Of a DNA stretch of 64,000 bases, positions 33,600 through 49,319 are shown in pieces (the stretch's first letter is position 1; each line of letters opens with the position of its first letter). Below the pieces are notes generated by a model. That model was not told the DNA's origin and made no database searches. It worked only from the letters and a program-made list of their open reading frames with translations. Source of the stretch: Eledone cirrhosa (Eukaryota); NCBI GenBank assembly GCA_964016885.1, contig OZ024741.1, positions 383,904,001 through 383,968,000 on the forward strand, given 5' to 3'. Position numbers and translations under genes: made by a program.

Positions 33600-34740
33600 C
33601 AAGGTGTTGGGAAAACACTCGGAAAGGAATGGAAACAAAACCGAAAGAAGAGGAAAACATAAAAACAATAATATTAGCTGGATACTAAAAGAACTAATAG
33701 TACATGACTGAAAAACAAGAAAATTAGTGGTTGCATGTAGAATATGGCACTCAAAATCAGATGTTGAAAGATTATACCTATCATGAAGCAAGGAAATAAG
33801 GGTCTTATCCAACTAGAAAACTATTATAAAATAGCAACAATAGGATTACAAAAATACCTAATGAAGGATAATAGAGAGTTGATAGAAATAGCCAAGTATC
33901 ATGAATGTAGTAAAAAATTGTTTTCTCTCTTCAAAGAAGCCAATAAGCTCAAAACAAGCTGACTTGACAGATAATTATGAAGAGGGGCAAAATAGAAGTA
34001 ACAACAACTAAAACAGAAAAAAAAGATAAATCTAAATTGAAAACAAATCTCCAGAATACCATACTACATCGATGGTAAGAAAAACTGAACAGGGAGGAAT
34101 TAGACTAGCAAAATTCACAAAACTAGCTAAGAATTACTGGAGTAAAAGCCAATACTGGTAAATACTTAATTGCAACACAAGATCAAAAACCACATAATAA
34201 AGTACATAACTGCAGAATATATGATGGTGGGGAAAATCAATTAACCACTTTGTCTATGGTTATGCAGTTTTAACTAAAAGCAAATATATCCACAATCATG
34301 ATTGCATTAGGATTTATATACACTGAAAGTTGTGTAAATACTATGAAATACCAACAGAAACGATGTCAGAGCATGATAAAGAAACTACATCCTGGAATAC
34401 TCAGACAATAAGATCAACTGACCTAATATTATAGTCAAAGACCACAACAAAAATAAAAGAAATGTCTACAAATAAACATATCCATCTTCACAGATGACAA
34501 TATATCTATCAAGAAAGTCGAGAAATTATTCAAATATAAATATCTGGGGATATAAATAAATAACTTGAATGTGGATGATTGAATAGAAGCAATCCTTATA
34601 ATTAGGAGCTGCTCTGGGAATAATAATAAAAATCACAGAGACAGACTTACAAATCCCCAGGACTTACAAATATATACAATATACAGAAAATAGCACTACT
34701 AGGCACTGAACACATATTTTGAAGAGCACTCTCAATACAA
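33600..34740 (+). mobile_element. Highly degenerate R4/Dong-like (RLE-type) LINE 3' portion
   Basis: Broken frames give DVERLYL..GLIQLE, IATQDQ, YIHNHD, PNIIVKDH, DDNISIKKVEKLFKYKYL. Confidence 0.75.
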
Positions 34741-34877
34741 TAGAATCAACACAAAAACAACATTGCACATATCGAAAGGCACACAGAGCTGTTCTTGGTA
34801 ATGCAGAGAAAGCATGCAATAAAATAAGCATCAAGATGATGACGATATAACAAGTTATCAATTTAATTTAGACATAA

Positions 34878-35085
34878 GGGTAGTGGATTGACAGTAGCAG
34901 TAGAGCATCATACATAATGCTTTGTGGCATAGAGTTATGGCCCTTTATATTCTGAGTTCAAATCCCACCGAAGTTACCTTTGCCTTTCATCCTTATGTGG
35001 TCGATAAAATAAAGTACCAGTAATGCACTGTGGTCAATTTATTTGACTTTCCCCATCCAAAAAACTGTTGGTACTAGAACAGTAA
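34878..35085 (+). mobile_element. tRNA-derived SINE (Nin/Deu-like domain)
   Basis: GAGTTCAAATCCCACC..TTTGCCTTTCATCCTTATGTGGTCGATAAAATAAAGTACCAG. Confidence 0.85.
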
Positions 35086-38000
35086 TAGTTCTTTATAAAT
35101 TATGATAAAAGCAATAGGGATAATGATAACATATAATGTAAGGATAGTAATAGGTGAGTGCTTTCAGTTAGATTTTGGATATTAAAACACTTCACTGATG
35201 TGGCTTTGAAGCTGTTCTGTTAAAATATTTACCTATATTAAATATTTGATATGACAGAATTTTCGTGCATGTTTTAACACAAACATTTTATGTATTCCAA
35301 CACAAATATTTTAAAAGAATATGTGACAATATAATTATCAAATTTAGGGTTTGGGAATTATGTTGTTTAGTTACTTGCTAAAGCTATGTCACAATGTAGA
35401 TTTCAAACAAGTATAAATTCTTTGTGGATTGGTTCAAAGAATGATACTTCACAATTGCTTTTAATTATTATATCAATTTGGGACTTCCATTTAAAGTCCA
35501 AGTCAGTGTTTAATATGTTTTAGCATACAGAATATTGGCCTTTTTGTATTATGACATTTATTTATAGAACATATCATCTATTGGCACTAGACATCCATAC
35601 TTCTTTCTATTTACAAATATTTTAATGCATATATTTCTCTCTCCTCAATAGAGTACATTATATTTCAAACATTAAAACGTTCTGCTTTTATGTGTCATTT
35701 ACTTATATAACATCTTATTCTGTTCTTTTAGTGTTTACAATCATCTAGCGCCTCTTTATATAGATATTTTGTTTACCCATTATATGTGGTTATCATAATC
35801 TATTACTACAGTTCTCTGAGAATACATACTAGAAAACCAGAATCAATTATATAAATCATACATGGTGGTGGTGATGGTGATGAGGATTAGATCTTATAGA
35901 GTATTTAGAAAAGTGAATCAGGTCAAAAAATACATATTCTCAAAAGACATTAATAGATTCAATTCAATTCTAGTTTTGAAACATTTAACAATTTCTGAAG
36001 ACAACAGTGTAAGAAATTTAGATTTCCAGTGATATTCTAGCTGTGTTCTAATTAGTATCACACAACGTAAACATTTGTTTAATTAAACTGCTAAGAATTG
36101 ATTATTCAAAAGTTTAACATTAATAAACTTCTTTAGAACACGATATTGATTATGCCGACAAGGATGATAATGATATTGAGAGTTGATTAGTATTCTTTAA
36201 ATACCAATTTATATTTTTAACTAAATGTTGACTTAAATTAAAGAGTTCAATGTCTCATAATATTTTGTATCAATAACTTTAACTGTCATATTTAGACTGA
36301 CTAATCAAAAAAGAATATATTTGAATAAAACTTTTAATAGTCTTCTCATGATATTGATTTTCTGAGTGTATACATTTTAGTTTTTTAAGTTCCTATTAAC
36401 ATAAATCTTATTACATATAGTTAGTTACGCTCCAGGACATATTTGTACTATTAACCTTTCTATTTTAGTATCTTTTTCTATTTGTGTTGGTTACACTAGC
36501 CATATCTAAACTGGACTGAGGCTATATTTTTTCTCTCTCACAAATTTCAAGTGACAATCAATACATACTTACAAAGTTACTTCATTCTGCTTTAGTTTGA
36601 GTGTGAGAATCTATTGAAATACTACATGAATCTATTTCAAAGACTGCATGAATCTATTTAAAACATCACTTAAATTAAAACTAGAATTACATTTCGTAAA
36701 TGCTTTTTCAATAACATAAAGACAGTCACTTCTTAAAATTAAAACAACTATTATGAAGTTCTAAATCCATGCCAGCATGAGTTTACATGTTTTGGATATT
36801 TTCCAATGTTAATTGGCAAGCTAACTTGCAGTGTTTGTTCTGGCTCTCCACATTCTGAGTTCAAATGCAGCTACAACCAACTTGATCTTTTATTCTTTTG
36901 GGATGGATAAAATAGAATAACAGTTTAAGCATGAGAAGTTCTTAAATGGTAGAATTAATCTTTAGCAAATTCACTCTGTTGCAAGCCTTCCTCCATGACT
37001 CTGGTTTGAGGATAACTTCTTCTCACAAGTCCTGATAGTTCTGATAATATAAAGGGTTGTGTGTGCTCCCATTCCCTCAATGACTTAACAATAAAAAAAA
37101 AACGTTGGACCAAGTATTTTTACAATAATAATTCATGAAGAGTGGTGAAAATTTGAGAGAGATAAGCTGGGTAATGTGTCTAACGTAGGATCATAAATTC
37201 TTGTAAGGATTGTTATCATGATATTATGGTCAATGATTGACCTAATAGCTTATTCTCACAGAGAACTCTATTTCACTTCATATTCCAAACGAATTCGAAT
37301 TTAATATATCAATTTAATTGAGATTATAATTTTCTGTGCTATTAACATCATCTTTAAAATGTACATATACAATGTTTATACCTAAACTACCTTTTTATCA
37401 GTTTGATTTCGTTTTGGTCATCAGTTGTTATATTCTTGGATATATACATGGTCATAAACTGGATTCAAACTTGATGTTGTTAATTCTAAACTAAAAGTAG
37501 TAATATCTTTAATCCTTATTCTTTTAATCACTGGATTAATTGATAAGTATAGCTTAGTGGTTAAGGTAATTGCTATCTTTAGTTTAGATATCACACCCTA
37601 ATTTGAATCCAGTCTAGAACATATCGAGGAATAACGATATTTGGAGATTAAACCAATAAACAAATGTAGCATAGATATTATAATTATACACTTGAAAGAT
37701 ATGATCAGCCATCAAAAAGTTTATAATTTTCACTACAGCTCATCTCAAACAAATAAACATTTATTTAACAAAGATAATAGAGAGGGAAAAGTCACATTAA
37801 TGATTGGTTATCATTTATCTGGTAGTGGACAAAGGCGTGTTTGCATGGTTAAAAATGTGTTTCATGATGATGAGATTTCAGGTTCGATCCCACTGTTTAC
37901 TATCTTTTACCATACATAGCCTCTGGTTGATCAAAACCTTGTATGCGAAATTAAGTAAATGGGACCTGTGTGGAAGCCCATCAGGCAGAATATACTTGCA

Positions 38001-38384
38001 ATTCAAATATCTTGTCATGTTACATATTATTGTGACATGCAGATTCTGCTTGAAAATTATGTTAACAATTTTGTTATATTACTAACGAAAGACACTGCTT
38101 ATGATATTCAAATAATTAAGAATTTGAAAGGATTCAATAATATAATTTTTCATTATTAAGCTGATGTTTGAAACATAACTTAACAAAGGCTTTTACATAG
38201 AATTTTAATGGAAGTCACTTAGATAAATATAAACACATTAAAATAAATAGTTTGTATTCTAGAATACAAGCACATTGGTACCATATGTGGAATACTCAGC
38301 CACTGATATGATTAATTGAACAACTTAATACTCAACATTGAAACCAATAGATAATCTATTATTAATCTGGGAATAAACTATATA

Positions 38385-38874
38385 CAGGGTGGCTGGAAAG
38401 AAACTCCCTATTGAAAATGAGTTATCTTTTGGCCTATTCTGACAACTTGAGACAACATCAAGTGAGGTCCCTCCTTCTTTTGCATGCACTGTCCAGGGGC
38501 AGCCTGATACCTAATTTCCAGGATGTTGGCTAGGTTGTTGAGATCCACATGAATGGCCTGACTTAACACCACACAATTTTTTTCCTGTAGGGTGGGCGAA
38601 GGTTATAGCTCAAAACCAAAATCTCTGACTCAATTGGAGGAATCCTTTCATCATGTACTGATCAACATATTCCCTGAGTTCCTGATAAAGTCAGTTGAGG
38701 ATATACACAGACGATTACAAACACTGGTAGACAACCCCTGTACCAAGGTAGCATTTTAACACTCAAGTGTACTCCTACCATTATACTGTTCAAAATAAAA
38801 CATGTTTTATGAAAAACGACAATAATTAATAAAGTTATTAACAATTTTGAATAGGTTTCTTTTGGCCTACCCTG
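38385..38874. mobile_element. Non-autonomous Tc1/mariner derivative (MITE)
   Basis: Imperfect TIRs CAGGGTGGCTGGAAAGAAAC / GTTTCTTTTGGCCTACCCTG, TA at left end. Confidence 0.6.
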
Positions 38875-38974
38875 ATAAAATATAAAATGTTATTCTTAAG
38901 TTATGAATTGTTTATATAGCTCTCTTCCAATAAGAATATATAATTTAGTTTGTCATATATATCTATAGATATCT

Positions 38975-39309
38975 TCATCATCATCATTTTACGTCCGCTT
39001 TTCCCTGCTTGCAAGGGTGGGACGGGAACTGATTCTGGCTTGATTTCTACAGCTGGATGCCCTTCCTAACACCAACCTCATTTACAGTGAGTGCTGGATG
39101 CTTTTTTGCCGTGGCACCTCCACGACCACTTTGCAATGGAATGATAGGGACACCAGTCCCTATCATCTCATTTCTACAGCTGAGTAAACTGGAGCAATGG
39201 GAAATAAAGTGTCTTGCTCAAGGAAACAACACATCACCCGGTCTGAGAATTGAACTCACAACCTTTCGATTGCAAGGCCAATGCTCTAACCACTAAGCCA
39301 TGTGCCTCC
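38975..39309 (-). mobile_element. tRNA-derived SINE with RTE-type tail
   Basis: Near-identical reverse complement of 13304-13647. Confidence 0.93.
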
Positions 39310-39687
39310 ATATATATTACAAAATTATTTGCTCATTAGTTTTGGCAATTCTTTCAACTACTTTAGAAGTAGCATCTGCCAATTAACTCTTTCAATATGT
39401 TATTTGTCAAAAAAGAAATCTTTTCAATATTACCACTATGTTAGACAGCTTCAGTTCCTAGCAAGATCATTTTTTTTTATGTTGATAACAATCAGAAAGA
39501 ATGAGACAGAAACAACTCAGAATAAGTAGTCAGAAAAAAAAACTGAATAAATACTAGTCAGAACATACAAATACTTGAATGAACAAAAAGTCAGTGGAGC
39601 TACAATCAAGTAGACCTAACCTGAGATCATGAGCCATTATATTTTATAACAGATTTTCATGAACAAATTTTTCCATTCATGTTTTGA

Positions 39688-39878
39688 AATAATTGTTTCT
39701 ACTTTAGGCACAAGGCCAGCAATTACCCAGTTCATTACTGGTACTTTATTTTATCGACCCCGTAAGGATGAAAGGCAAAGTCAACCTCGGCGGGATTTGA
39801 ACTCAGATCGTAAAGGGACGTAACTATGCTCGAAAGCATGGCGTCCGACCCTCTACCGATACTGCCAATCTACCGCCC
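39688..39878 (-). mobile_element. tRNA-derived SINE (Nin/Deu-like domain)
   Basis: Same family as 21882-22067. Confidence 0.88.
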
Positions 39879-42800
39879 ATATGATTTTCTGTTAGTTATG
39901 GTTTATAGGCACTTCTTTTAATTTCTTTATATTATAACAATGGGATGGCCATTAATTGGTTCACCACCCTGTTCACTCATTTTGTTTAGGGAGCTTCCAT
40001 GAATGGATTCAGCTTTCTCAAGGGTGAAACCACATTTTCCCTAAATATAAGATCAAATTAGCTTTAAAACAAATTGGTACCAAATTGCCTGAAACTGCAT
40101 CTGGTTCTATGATACAAGCATGTTTGTTATAAAGTATTCAAAATAATTTGAAAATCATAGACTGTATTTTTCATTTCCTTAGAAATATCATAATGATTTC
40201 TTTATTATTTAATAATAAAAGGGTTAAAGCTGTAAACTTTGTAATATCATACTTCAGAATAAAGATGGAATGTTGATACAAGGATGAAATCCCACTCGTG
40301 CTGACACTCTAAATAAACATAGCTTATCTAAACTGCAGGATGTTTAAGTTTATGTATTTGCTAGTAATTGCTATAATTATTACCAGTTACTTACTACACT
40401 ATTTAATGTTTCCAAATCTAATACTAATATTCTTTTCCAGTTTCCATAAAACTTAGCAGCTGAGAAATAATGTTTTCCTAGATAAGATGATGGCCTTTTA
40501 ATACAGAGAGAATTGAACTTAGCACTGCATGCTGGCAAACTATCATAGTTGTCAGTTTCAGTGTTATTGCTGCTGAATTACAATCCTATAATACCTGTTT
40601 AAGGTTATGTGTATTTGTCCATTGAAAGATATGTGTTTTAATTGTAGACATTAAGCAGTGCCAACAATATGTTTAGAATAACTAACACTTTCAATGTTTT
40701 ATAGTACCTTATCTTTAGGGCCATCTCCACTTGCCCCTTTCAGTTAATCTCTGGTAGTTAATCTCTCTGACATACTATTTATCAAATATATTACACCTCA
40801 ACAATCTCAAACCATTATTCTCTAAACCAGTATCAATATATCATATCTTCTGAAACAGTTAATTTTCAATCTTAATTTGTCGAAAATTATCATTGAACCA
40901 TCATCATCATCACCATGGTTTTGATGGTTGTGAAGTTCTGAGGTTAGACTGGTCAACTAATCACTTTTTGCTTGTATGCTCAGCTTTTGGCTAGGCTTCT
41001 GTGGTTGGATGTGTTTCCTAATGCCAACCACTTTACAACATATACTGGAAGCTTTTTATCATGACTCTGGCTCTACCATCTTACAGGGTAGGCAGGTGCA
41101 TTTTGTCATGGCTCCAGCACTTACCACTTATAGTGCATATTATGTGCATTTTGTCACACTACCAGCACTACCACTTTAGAGAGTGGGCTGGGTGTATTTT
41201 ATTATGTCACCAGCACTATTTCATTACGAATATACTTTAAAAAATAGACATGTAATTATTTTAACTTCTTGTACATTGAAGTCTGAGACAAGTTCAATTA
41301 GTTGCAATTTTTTACCCTTTCATTGCCATATAGGTAATAAGAAGTCACTACCTATAATTTTCAAATTAATTTGAAAATAATTCAGAATTTATTAAATTAA
41401 CTAACCTTCTCATTATTAAATTAATGCTTAGAGTCTAGTTTAACAAAGGTTCTCACAGAAAATTACAGTGGAAGGTTTTTAGATGAATATAAGCACATTA
41501 AATAGACAGCTAAGTGTTGTAAAACCATAGGTGTTTTTAGGTGGTTTGATGTGAAAAGATTTAAGGTTTAAACAATACATGTATTTACTCTAGTTGCTAC
41601 ATTTCAAAATTGATGGGCAGGTTAGTAAAACTGTAGCAGTACATAATAAGGATTTACATGCAACATAGAGCTTTCTATATCAATTTATTACTTGATCCTA
41701 TCTGCTAACCACAACTTGTAACTTGTGTCAAGCACTGGAATAGTAATGTAACATAAGTCATTCATCATTATTTATATCTAATGGGATTTCTTGGAACATT
41801 CTTGTTATCCACAAGAACTCTACATTCTTTGATCAGTTCTCTAGTAAAGCAAAAGAAAACAAAAACTGGTTCAAAGACACTCTTTTGATAAAACAGCATG
41901 ATTTATTAGTTTTTTTAACATATATTATTCCTCTTGTAGCATATCAAGTGCCAGAAAAACATGTGTTGAGGGAGAAACGAAAATAAAATTTCGATTTTGT
42001 TTTCTTCCATTAGTACAGAACATTAGCAGCACCATTCTATAACATAAATAATTCATAGATTTCTTACAATCACCTTCAAAATTTTCATTTCAAGCTTTTA
42101 AATCTTGGAAATTAAAGGCCATTTCAGAAATATTTTCATCTTTTAGAATCACTTCCTTTATTGGATCGAAATGAATGAGAATAAAAAGATTGACAATAAT
42201 CAATATTTCTGAAGAATGGTCAATTTATTTATGACTTTCTGCCTTCTCTTCTTTTTTGTTTATCTTTCACATATATATGTTGCTGGGAAAAATGGCTGGG
42301 AAAAAAAAGTTATTTGGAAAATAGCTTCTCTAAATCAATTTTATAGCTCTGGAATATTTCAAACTAAAAATGGAGAAAAGCTATTTACTAATGCATCTTT
42401 TTAATCATATTGTAGAATATATTTATTTTATTTTTTTATGTATATTTGGCGACTTGGCAACAGCATTAGCTTTATTGGTCATATGTTTTGGATAGATGAA
42501 AGTCACTGGATAAAGTGAAAGCTGCTATGACCTATTCCACAAGTAACATACCTCATTTGTCTTCTACCATAAATGGATGTGATTTAGTGATTTGAGCAGA
42601 ATATGTCATCAGAATACTAATAGGAATGGTATTCCCACTGGTATGGAGATATGTAGAGTTGTTTGTCAGCATCATACTTTTATTTTGACTTTTAACATAT
42701 TCCATGTTGACATGAGTGGCATTCTTCTTGAAGTTCAAATACAATATGTATTATTGGAATATGATGAATAGTTTTTATTTTCACGTTATATCAACCCTAG

Positions 42801-45800
42801 CAAAAAGAGTAATTTATATTGCATTTAGACAGTGCTTCTGTCTGTGATATTTTCCATGATTTATGGTCTAAAACTGAATAGAAATATTACATTAGCACTT
42901 TTATTTTGCTGTTTAGTCAGGAATGGTGGAAACAATGCCTATAACACTTTTCATGGCTTCCAAACCAGCTAGGATTAAGGGGGAACATATCCTTAAACCA
43001 GAGACCTGGTCCAAATGATTGCAACAGAATGGACTGCTTTAAAAACTCTCAAGATCCATATAGTTGTGTTAAACCAAGCAAGGGATTCAATCTATGCCCT
43101 CAAGTAGGCAACAGCATGATACTCAGAATGCAAAGAGCCAAAATAAAATATTGCAATGCATCTTATCCCTATACTCTAACAATTTTACCAATCCACCATC
43201 TTTCACTGATACTTTATTTTATCAACCCTGAAGGGATAAAAGGCAAATCAGACCTTAGTGTGATTTGAATTCAGTGAGCAAAAAGCTAGAATAAATACCA
43301 CCAGGCATCTTTACTAGTATCTCATCATCGATAGTCAACATAACTAATAACTATGTTGTCTGATGTTCTACCAATACTGCCAATCCACCACCCTCTTTGG
43401 ATGTTAATAATGGTTAAATGAATGTATTCTTGGAATATTATTATACCATAGGCTGACATGTTTAGAATAGTAGTTTCATCATAGTAAAGGAAAACATGAC
43501 AAAAAGATTATTTTTTCAATGCAGTTGCCTCCTCATGTTTTCAGAAATTGAGTTGAATGCATTCTGCAAATATAAATATTTGTAGGATTTTCTAAAATAA
43601 ATATTTATTTTATTGATAATCATTTCTCTTATGGAATGTAATAGCTTATAAAATGGTGCAAAATCTTTAAAGTCTGAAGTAACTTTTGCATATCCTGAAC
43701 TCTATAACTACTAGATTGAAGTTGATTAGCATCTGTTAATGAGATAATGGAAACGTTTAACAAATTATTTGTGTTGAATAATCATGTTAAGTTGAAGGAG
43801 CCAATTAGATGCCCTCAAATCAGCTTCTTTAGTGTTATTCAACCTCATCAATGTAGCTGCAAAAATCCTATCAACAACCTTCTAGACAGATTTAAATGAT
43901 GATTACATATTTTAAGTTTCAAATATTGGAACTGCCTAAACCCATTCCAACTTCCAATTATAACAGGTTAGGTGTAAACCATTGGAGACTTACATATATT
44001 TTAGAAAGGAATGCCATTCTGGACTGCTTCTACTCAGTAAAATGGGAATGTACTTAGTTTAATTGGATTACATCTTGTTTAAGTACATAAAATAAAGCCA
44101 ACAGGGTTTCCCCAATATTTCAGCATGTAAGCAATTAACCACTGCAATTTTCTTTCTATAGAATGAACAATACTTTCGCATCTGATATACCTTACACTTT
44201 GGTACCATTGAAAAGCATTTAAATTCTAGTTTAAGAATGAATTTGGTACAAAAAAAAAATAGATAAGAACTATTCTTGGCAAAACACTAAATTAGATTTC
44301 TCTCAAAACAAAAATTTATTTTAATCAGTCAACAAGTTCTAAAAACTCACTTTGTTAGGATTATTCAATTTATAAATAGCAGATTCAAAACTAAAAACAA
44401 AGGTGTTTTGGTAGTTGAATATTGATAAAATCAGAGAATTATATTATCAAAGATAAAAACATTAGTGCTTGAGGTGTATTATTTGAAAGACTCTTATGGA
44501 AATTATGTGAAGTAGGGGTTCTCTCAGTGTTTTCTAGTAGGTCAAAAACACTTTAAAATATGGAAACTAGGATATGCTCCAGCATTATAAGAATGTTTGT
44601 TTTAGGTTCAAAATAAATAATGATAATGTTTTGCTTTTATTTTGTGTTTTTGCTGACATAATGAACTTAGAGATTTGGAAAGGAAAATAAACAACAGCAG
44701 CATTCCAACTCAAAGTCAAGGAATGTGGTTATAAGAAGACATTAAAATGCTTTCTAAAAACTGACCAAGTCTGTTTATAATATTTATATGCCTGTGTGTA
44801 TATACGTATATATAAAGCATCAAAAGACCCATATGATTCATGTGAGGGTGTTAGACTGGGTGATGGATTAAATCTTCTACCTAAGAGGAGGAATTTCTGT
44901 TGACCAAATTCCACTGACAAGGTTTTAGTCCCTAATCTCCTAAAATACTATTTGAATATTAAACAGACTAGAGATTGTCAGGTTTAAATTTTGGGTCATC
45001 ATGCCCTAAAAGAGGAACTGTCTCTGATTGGTCAACTTTATTGGATGCTTTGTATGATTGATTAGATCTGTCATAGGTCTATTCAAATAAACCTGAATGG
45101 GGTTATCCAACAACAAAAGCTTTGTGAACATTTTTCAATTGGTAGAATAGAAAAAATGAAAAAATAACTATGATGCAAAATACATCGGCTAAACACATTT
45201 TATCTGGAATAGACATGAGAGAAATCAACCTTTGGAGAAATAAAATGCTTAGTTCATACAAATGGACTAACAACAATAGAAACAGCATTGCTGAATACTT
45301 CAACCTTAATACAGTCAAGCCAGTAGCATAACAACAATACAGCAAATTAGTTACTGACATTGCTCACAGGTACTGAGATGATTTTATATAGCATATTACA
45401 TCATTTTTTTTTCTGTTGGAAGTGTAGCAGTATAACTCCTGTGTTATATTGAGATGACATACTAAGTTCATATTATTGTTATTGCTACGTAACTATTATG
45501 GTTTTTATTTTATTCTGTTGGATTTTTTTAATGTATGACATAACAAGTGCTTCTTATTCTGTTATTTCTACTCTACTATTCTAATTTTTTTCTAATGGAT
45601 TTTTCACTGTCTAGCTCTAGTGGTGTATTGTGATGATTTACTTAGTACTTGTTATTTTTTATTCCTATTCTTTTGGTATGTTTGTATGGTAGACATAATC
45701 TGTCACTTTGTGTAACACCATCACCTAACCCTTTTGTCCTTTAGCAAAGAAAAGCTGACTTTATTGCAAGCATTAAGGCCATATCTCTGATCTAAAAAAA

Positions 45801-46824
45801 CCTCCCACCAGTATTTGAGGCCCCAAAAATTGGGATGAGTGCTACTCTTCCTACTTCAAATGATCAATTTGTTTAGTCACCAATGCATATCAACAAATTA
45901 TCAATTGTATTTTCACAATTGTGTTTTCTGTCTGTTCAGCCTATCTAACCTTAAACAGTTGCAGTGTGTTATATATATATTAGTGTGTTGTAATGTATTG
46001 TAGTGCACTGTAATATAATTATTTATTCTTACTTTTGACTTTCTTTACATTTCTTATTTGTTTCAATTGTAAGCATTGCAATGCTACCATAATTTCTAAA
46101 TGAACAAGTTTAGCTTCCCTAATTCACTCTACTGTTAATGTCTTTGTATTCTTCTCTCTCTTCCTCTCATTCATACCACATTTGTTATATTATATGTATG
46201 GATGGATGGATCTGTTGCGAAAATTCAGTTAAAGTCAATGGCTGGTACATTATGTATTCTCATTAGATAATGGACAGATAAAACAATCGCACCATATTTT
46301 TACCTCATAGACTATTTCTTAATGTATCACAAGAGATTTTTGAAAGTTTGTAATTTCTTTTCTTTTTGGAGTTCTTTTTGCATATTTCTGTAAAAGGAAT
46401 ATATTCATCTCAATTATATATTTTCCAACAGCAATAGAATTGTAGTTACTATACATATAATCAATATTTGACAACTACAAAATATCTACAAGTACACAAT
46501 CCTAGAGTCTATATTACTTTCTTCTTATTCAAAAGTCATAGAAATGTTCATAACCCTGTAGTCATCATTTACAACAAAAATAAAATCAATAAAGCAGTTT
46601 TTACCTTAGTATTTGTTGCTGTTTAGCCCTGGAGTAGTCATTAGTGAGCAGTCTTATCATCTAAGACAGCAGTGGTCCGAGAGAAAGTATTGGTCGTCTG
46701 CAGAAAAATTTGGACATTATTTGCAATTTTTATGTTTTATTAATAATTTAACAAAAATAGTATTTGGTAAAAATATATTTTATAACACCCTTAAAAAATG
46801 TTTTCCCTCAGTAATTAACTAACA

Positions 46825-47118
46825 TCCTTTTGGCAGGATCTCTGCCAGGGCGTCCGTGCCTGTAAATTTTGTCTTGAACTGGTAGAGCTCCACAGTAGCA
46901 CTGCCAGGCCAGAGACCTCTGGAAGTTATCCATAGACCCCGGATGGAAAATCCTCCCGAACAGACTGGTCAGTTCGTCCTCCTCGATGCCTAGAGTTTCC
47001 CTGAGAACGTCATCGCCCTTATCCTCCATTAATCCCCTATAGAATGTCGAAGTGGAGTCTCCGCTGATTGCTGTTTCCGCTTGGTAGAGGGCTATGAGCA
47101 CCTGAAGGCACTCGAGGG
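46825..47118 (-). mobile_element. Tx1/L1-like LINE ORF2 fragment
   Basis: GC-richer patch; translates STFYRGL..DNFQRSLAWQCYCGALPVQDKIYRHG resembling region preceding zf-RVT. Confidence 0.6.
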
Positions 47119-47663
47119 GCGATAGATAGATAGATAAATCTGTATAGATACAGAGCGTGTAACCGAGACTGAACCAACGTGTGTAAATATATACACATAT
47201 CTAATATGTAGGCATGTAAACATGCCAGGAATTTCCCCATAAATTGAAAAAAATATGAACATCTTTAATTGATTTTACTTTCTAATTGGATCTAATTGTT
47301 CAGTTATACCAGGCGTTTGACATTTAGTAGTAGCACTTGTATGACATTTGGGGTATCAATGGTGGCTGCTGATATGTCATTTGCATGGGTATCAGAGGTA
47401 GCCACCCTGGGTCCTTTATTTGTGGTGATCGCAAGTGTGATGTGACTGACTTTGGCGTTGTATTTGATGAAACCAAGTCAACTGTCTCACAATCTTTGCC
47501 GCTATATTTTTAAGAAAGACTGCTGTTCTGCAGCTACAGCCTGCACTGCTTCCACATACTATCATCCACATATGTATCATCTATCGACAATATGACGCAC
47601 GTATGCTTCAGTATTGTTTAATAAAAAGGAAGTTCTCTGATCATTATTTGACAAATGTATTTT

Positions 47664-48050
47664 GGAGGCACATAGCTTAGTGGTTAGAGCATTGGCTTTG
47701 CAATCGAAAGGTTGTGAGTTCAATTCTCAGACCGGGTGATGTGTTTCCTTGAGCACTTTATTTCACATTGCTCCAGTTTACTCAGCTGTAGAAATGAGAT
47801 GATAGGGCTGGGGTCCCTATCATTCCACTGCAAAGTGGTCGTCGATGTACCATGGCAAAAAAGCACCCAGCCCACACTGTAAAGTGGTCGTGTAGGTGCC
47901 ATGGAAAAAAAGCACCAAGCACTCACTGTAAATGAGGTTGGTGTTAGGAAGGGCATCCAGCTGTAGAAATCAAGCCAGAATCAGTTCACGTCCCACCCTT
48001 GCAAGCAGGGAAAAGCAGACGTAAAATGAAATGATGATGATGATGATGAT
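47664..48050 (+). mobile_element. tRNA-derived SINE with RTE-type tail (two internal sub-repeats)
   Basis: Same family as 13304; carries duplicated ACTG.AAAGTGGTCGT..GGCAAAAAAGCACC unit. Confidence 0.92.
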
Positions 48051-49319
48051 TTATCTTTTTAAAACAATTCATATTAGTGATCTGAGGAATTTAAAATTAT
48101 GAATTTAGTGGTCCATGAGGTCCAAAAGGTTGGCGACCGTTGATTGAAGATATTCAAGCTATGACCATCCCATCTTTTCCTGGTATAATTTAACCTGACT
48201 CTTTTTAATACAGTATGGCATTTTTTTAAGCATATTTGACAGTTATTTGTAGCAGGTCAAGCAGCCACATAGATTTAACCTTTTCAATACATCAGTCAGT
48301 TCTGTTTGCTATGATTATATTGTTCAGCTGATAGCTGTATGGTCAAAGACTATGATTTTTTTAATCATTTGACTATATTGAAGAATTTGGAAGGATTTAA
48401 GAAATAAATTCCTCATTTTTAAGCTGGTCAATGAGACATAATAAATGATAATAGGCTTTAGATAGTTATAATCACTTTACAACAAACAATTTTGTGTTGT
48501 AGATCCAGGAGCAGCATCTGGTAATTTGATATTGAAAGGGTTAAACATTGGGTTGCTGTGCATGGTAATTGTTTGTTAGTAATATCTGTGCTATAACAGA
48601 GTTGTCTAGGGTTGCATCACAATAACATGAACAACAGATCCTCTTCTCAAACAGTATAACTGTTTGAAGAGAGAGTTTAATCATGCATGGTTAACTGAGT
48701 TTACTTTGCGAGGTGGCAGTTACAGTATAAAGAAATATAGTATAAAGTCGAAAGGCTGGTGCTTATCATGTTTTCAGTGGTGTGAAGCAACTGAGGGTAT
48801 AAGACTTGCCCTACATAGGATGCCATTCCATCACAGGGTTAAATACCCATTTTCAGCTGAGAATATGGTAAAATGAAGTGTTTTGCTCAAAATCACAACA
48901 CACAACCCAGTCCAGGAATCAAGCCCACAACATTATGATCATAAGTCCAAAACCCTTACCACAAGGCCACACACACCCACTAGAGTAATATAGAGATATT
49001 AATATATAGAATTAAATTCCATTATTTACTTAATCCAATGAAAAAATAAACAAAAGAAGTTCAAACATTCACCATTCTTACACACAACTAAGATTTTATG
49101 GCACTTTGTCAAAGAATTTGTTAGAAAAATATTTATATTTTTTTTATTTGATTTACTTTTAATTACCAGTAAGTCATTGCAAAGATGTCAACAAACATTA
49201 AATGTTTTCTTACATTGTCAATATGTATGAGAGAAATCAAAACACAAGTTGTTGATAATGCCTGAAAGGATAAAAGAATATTTAACTTACATTAAAAACT
49301 TATTCATGTGTTCGTATAT

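Noticed and set aside
37390-37430. Minus-strand CTGATGA..GAAA hammerhead-like hit
   Set aside because: Stem I and stem II do not pair
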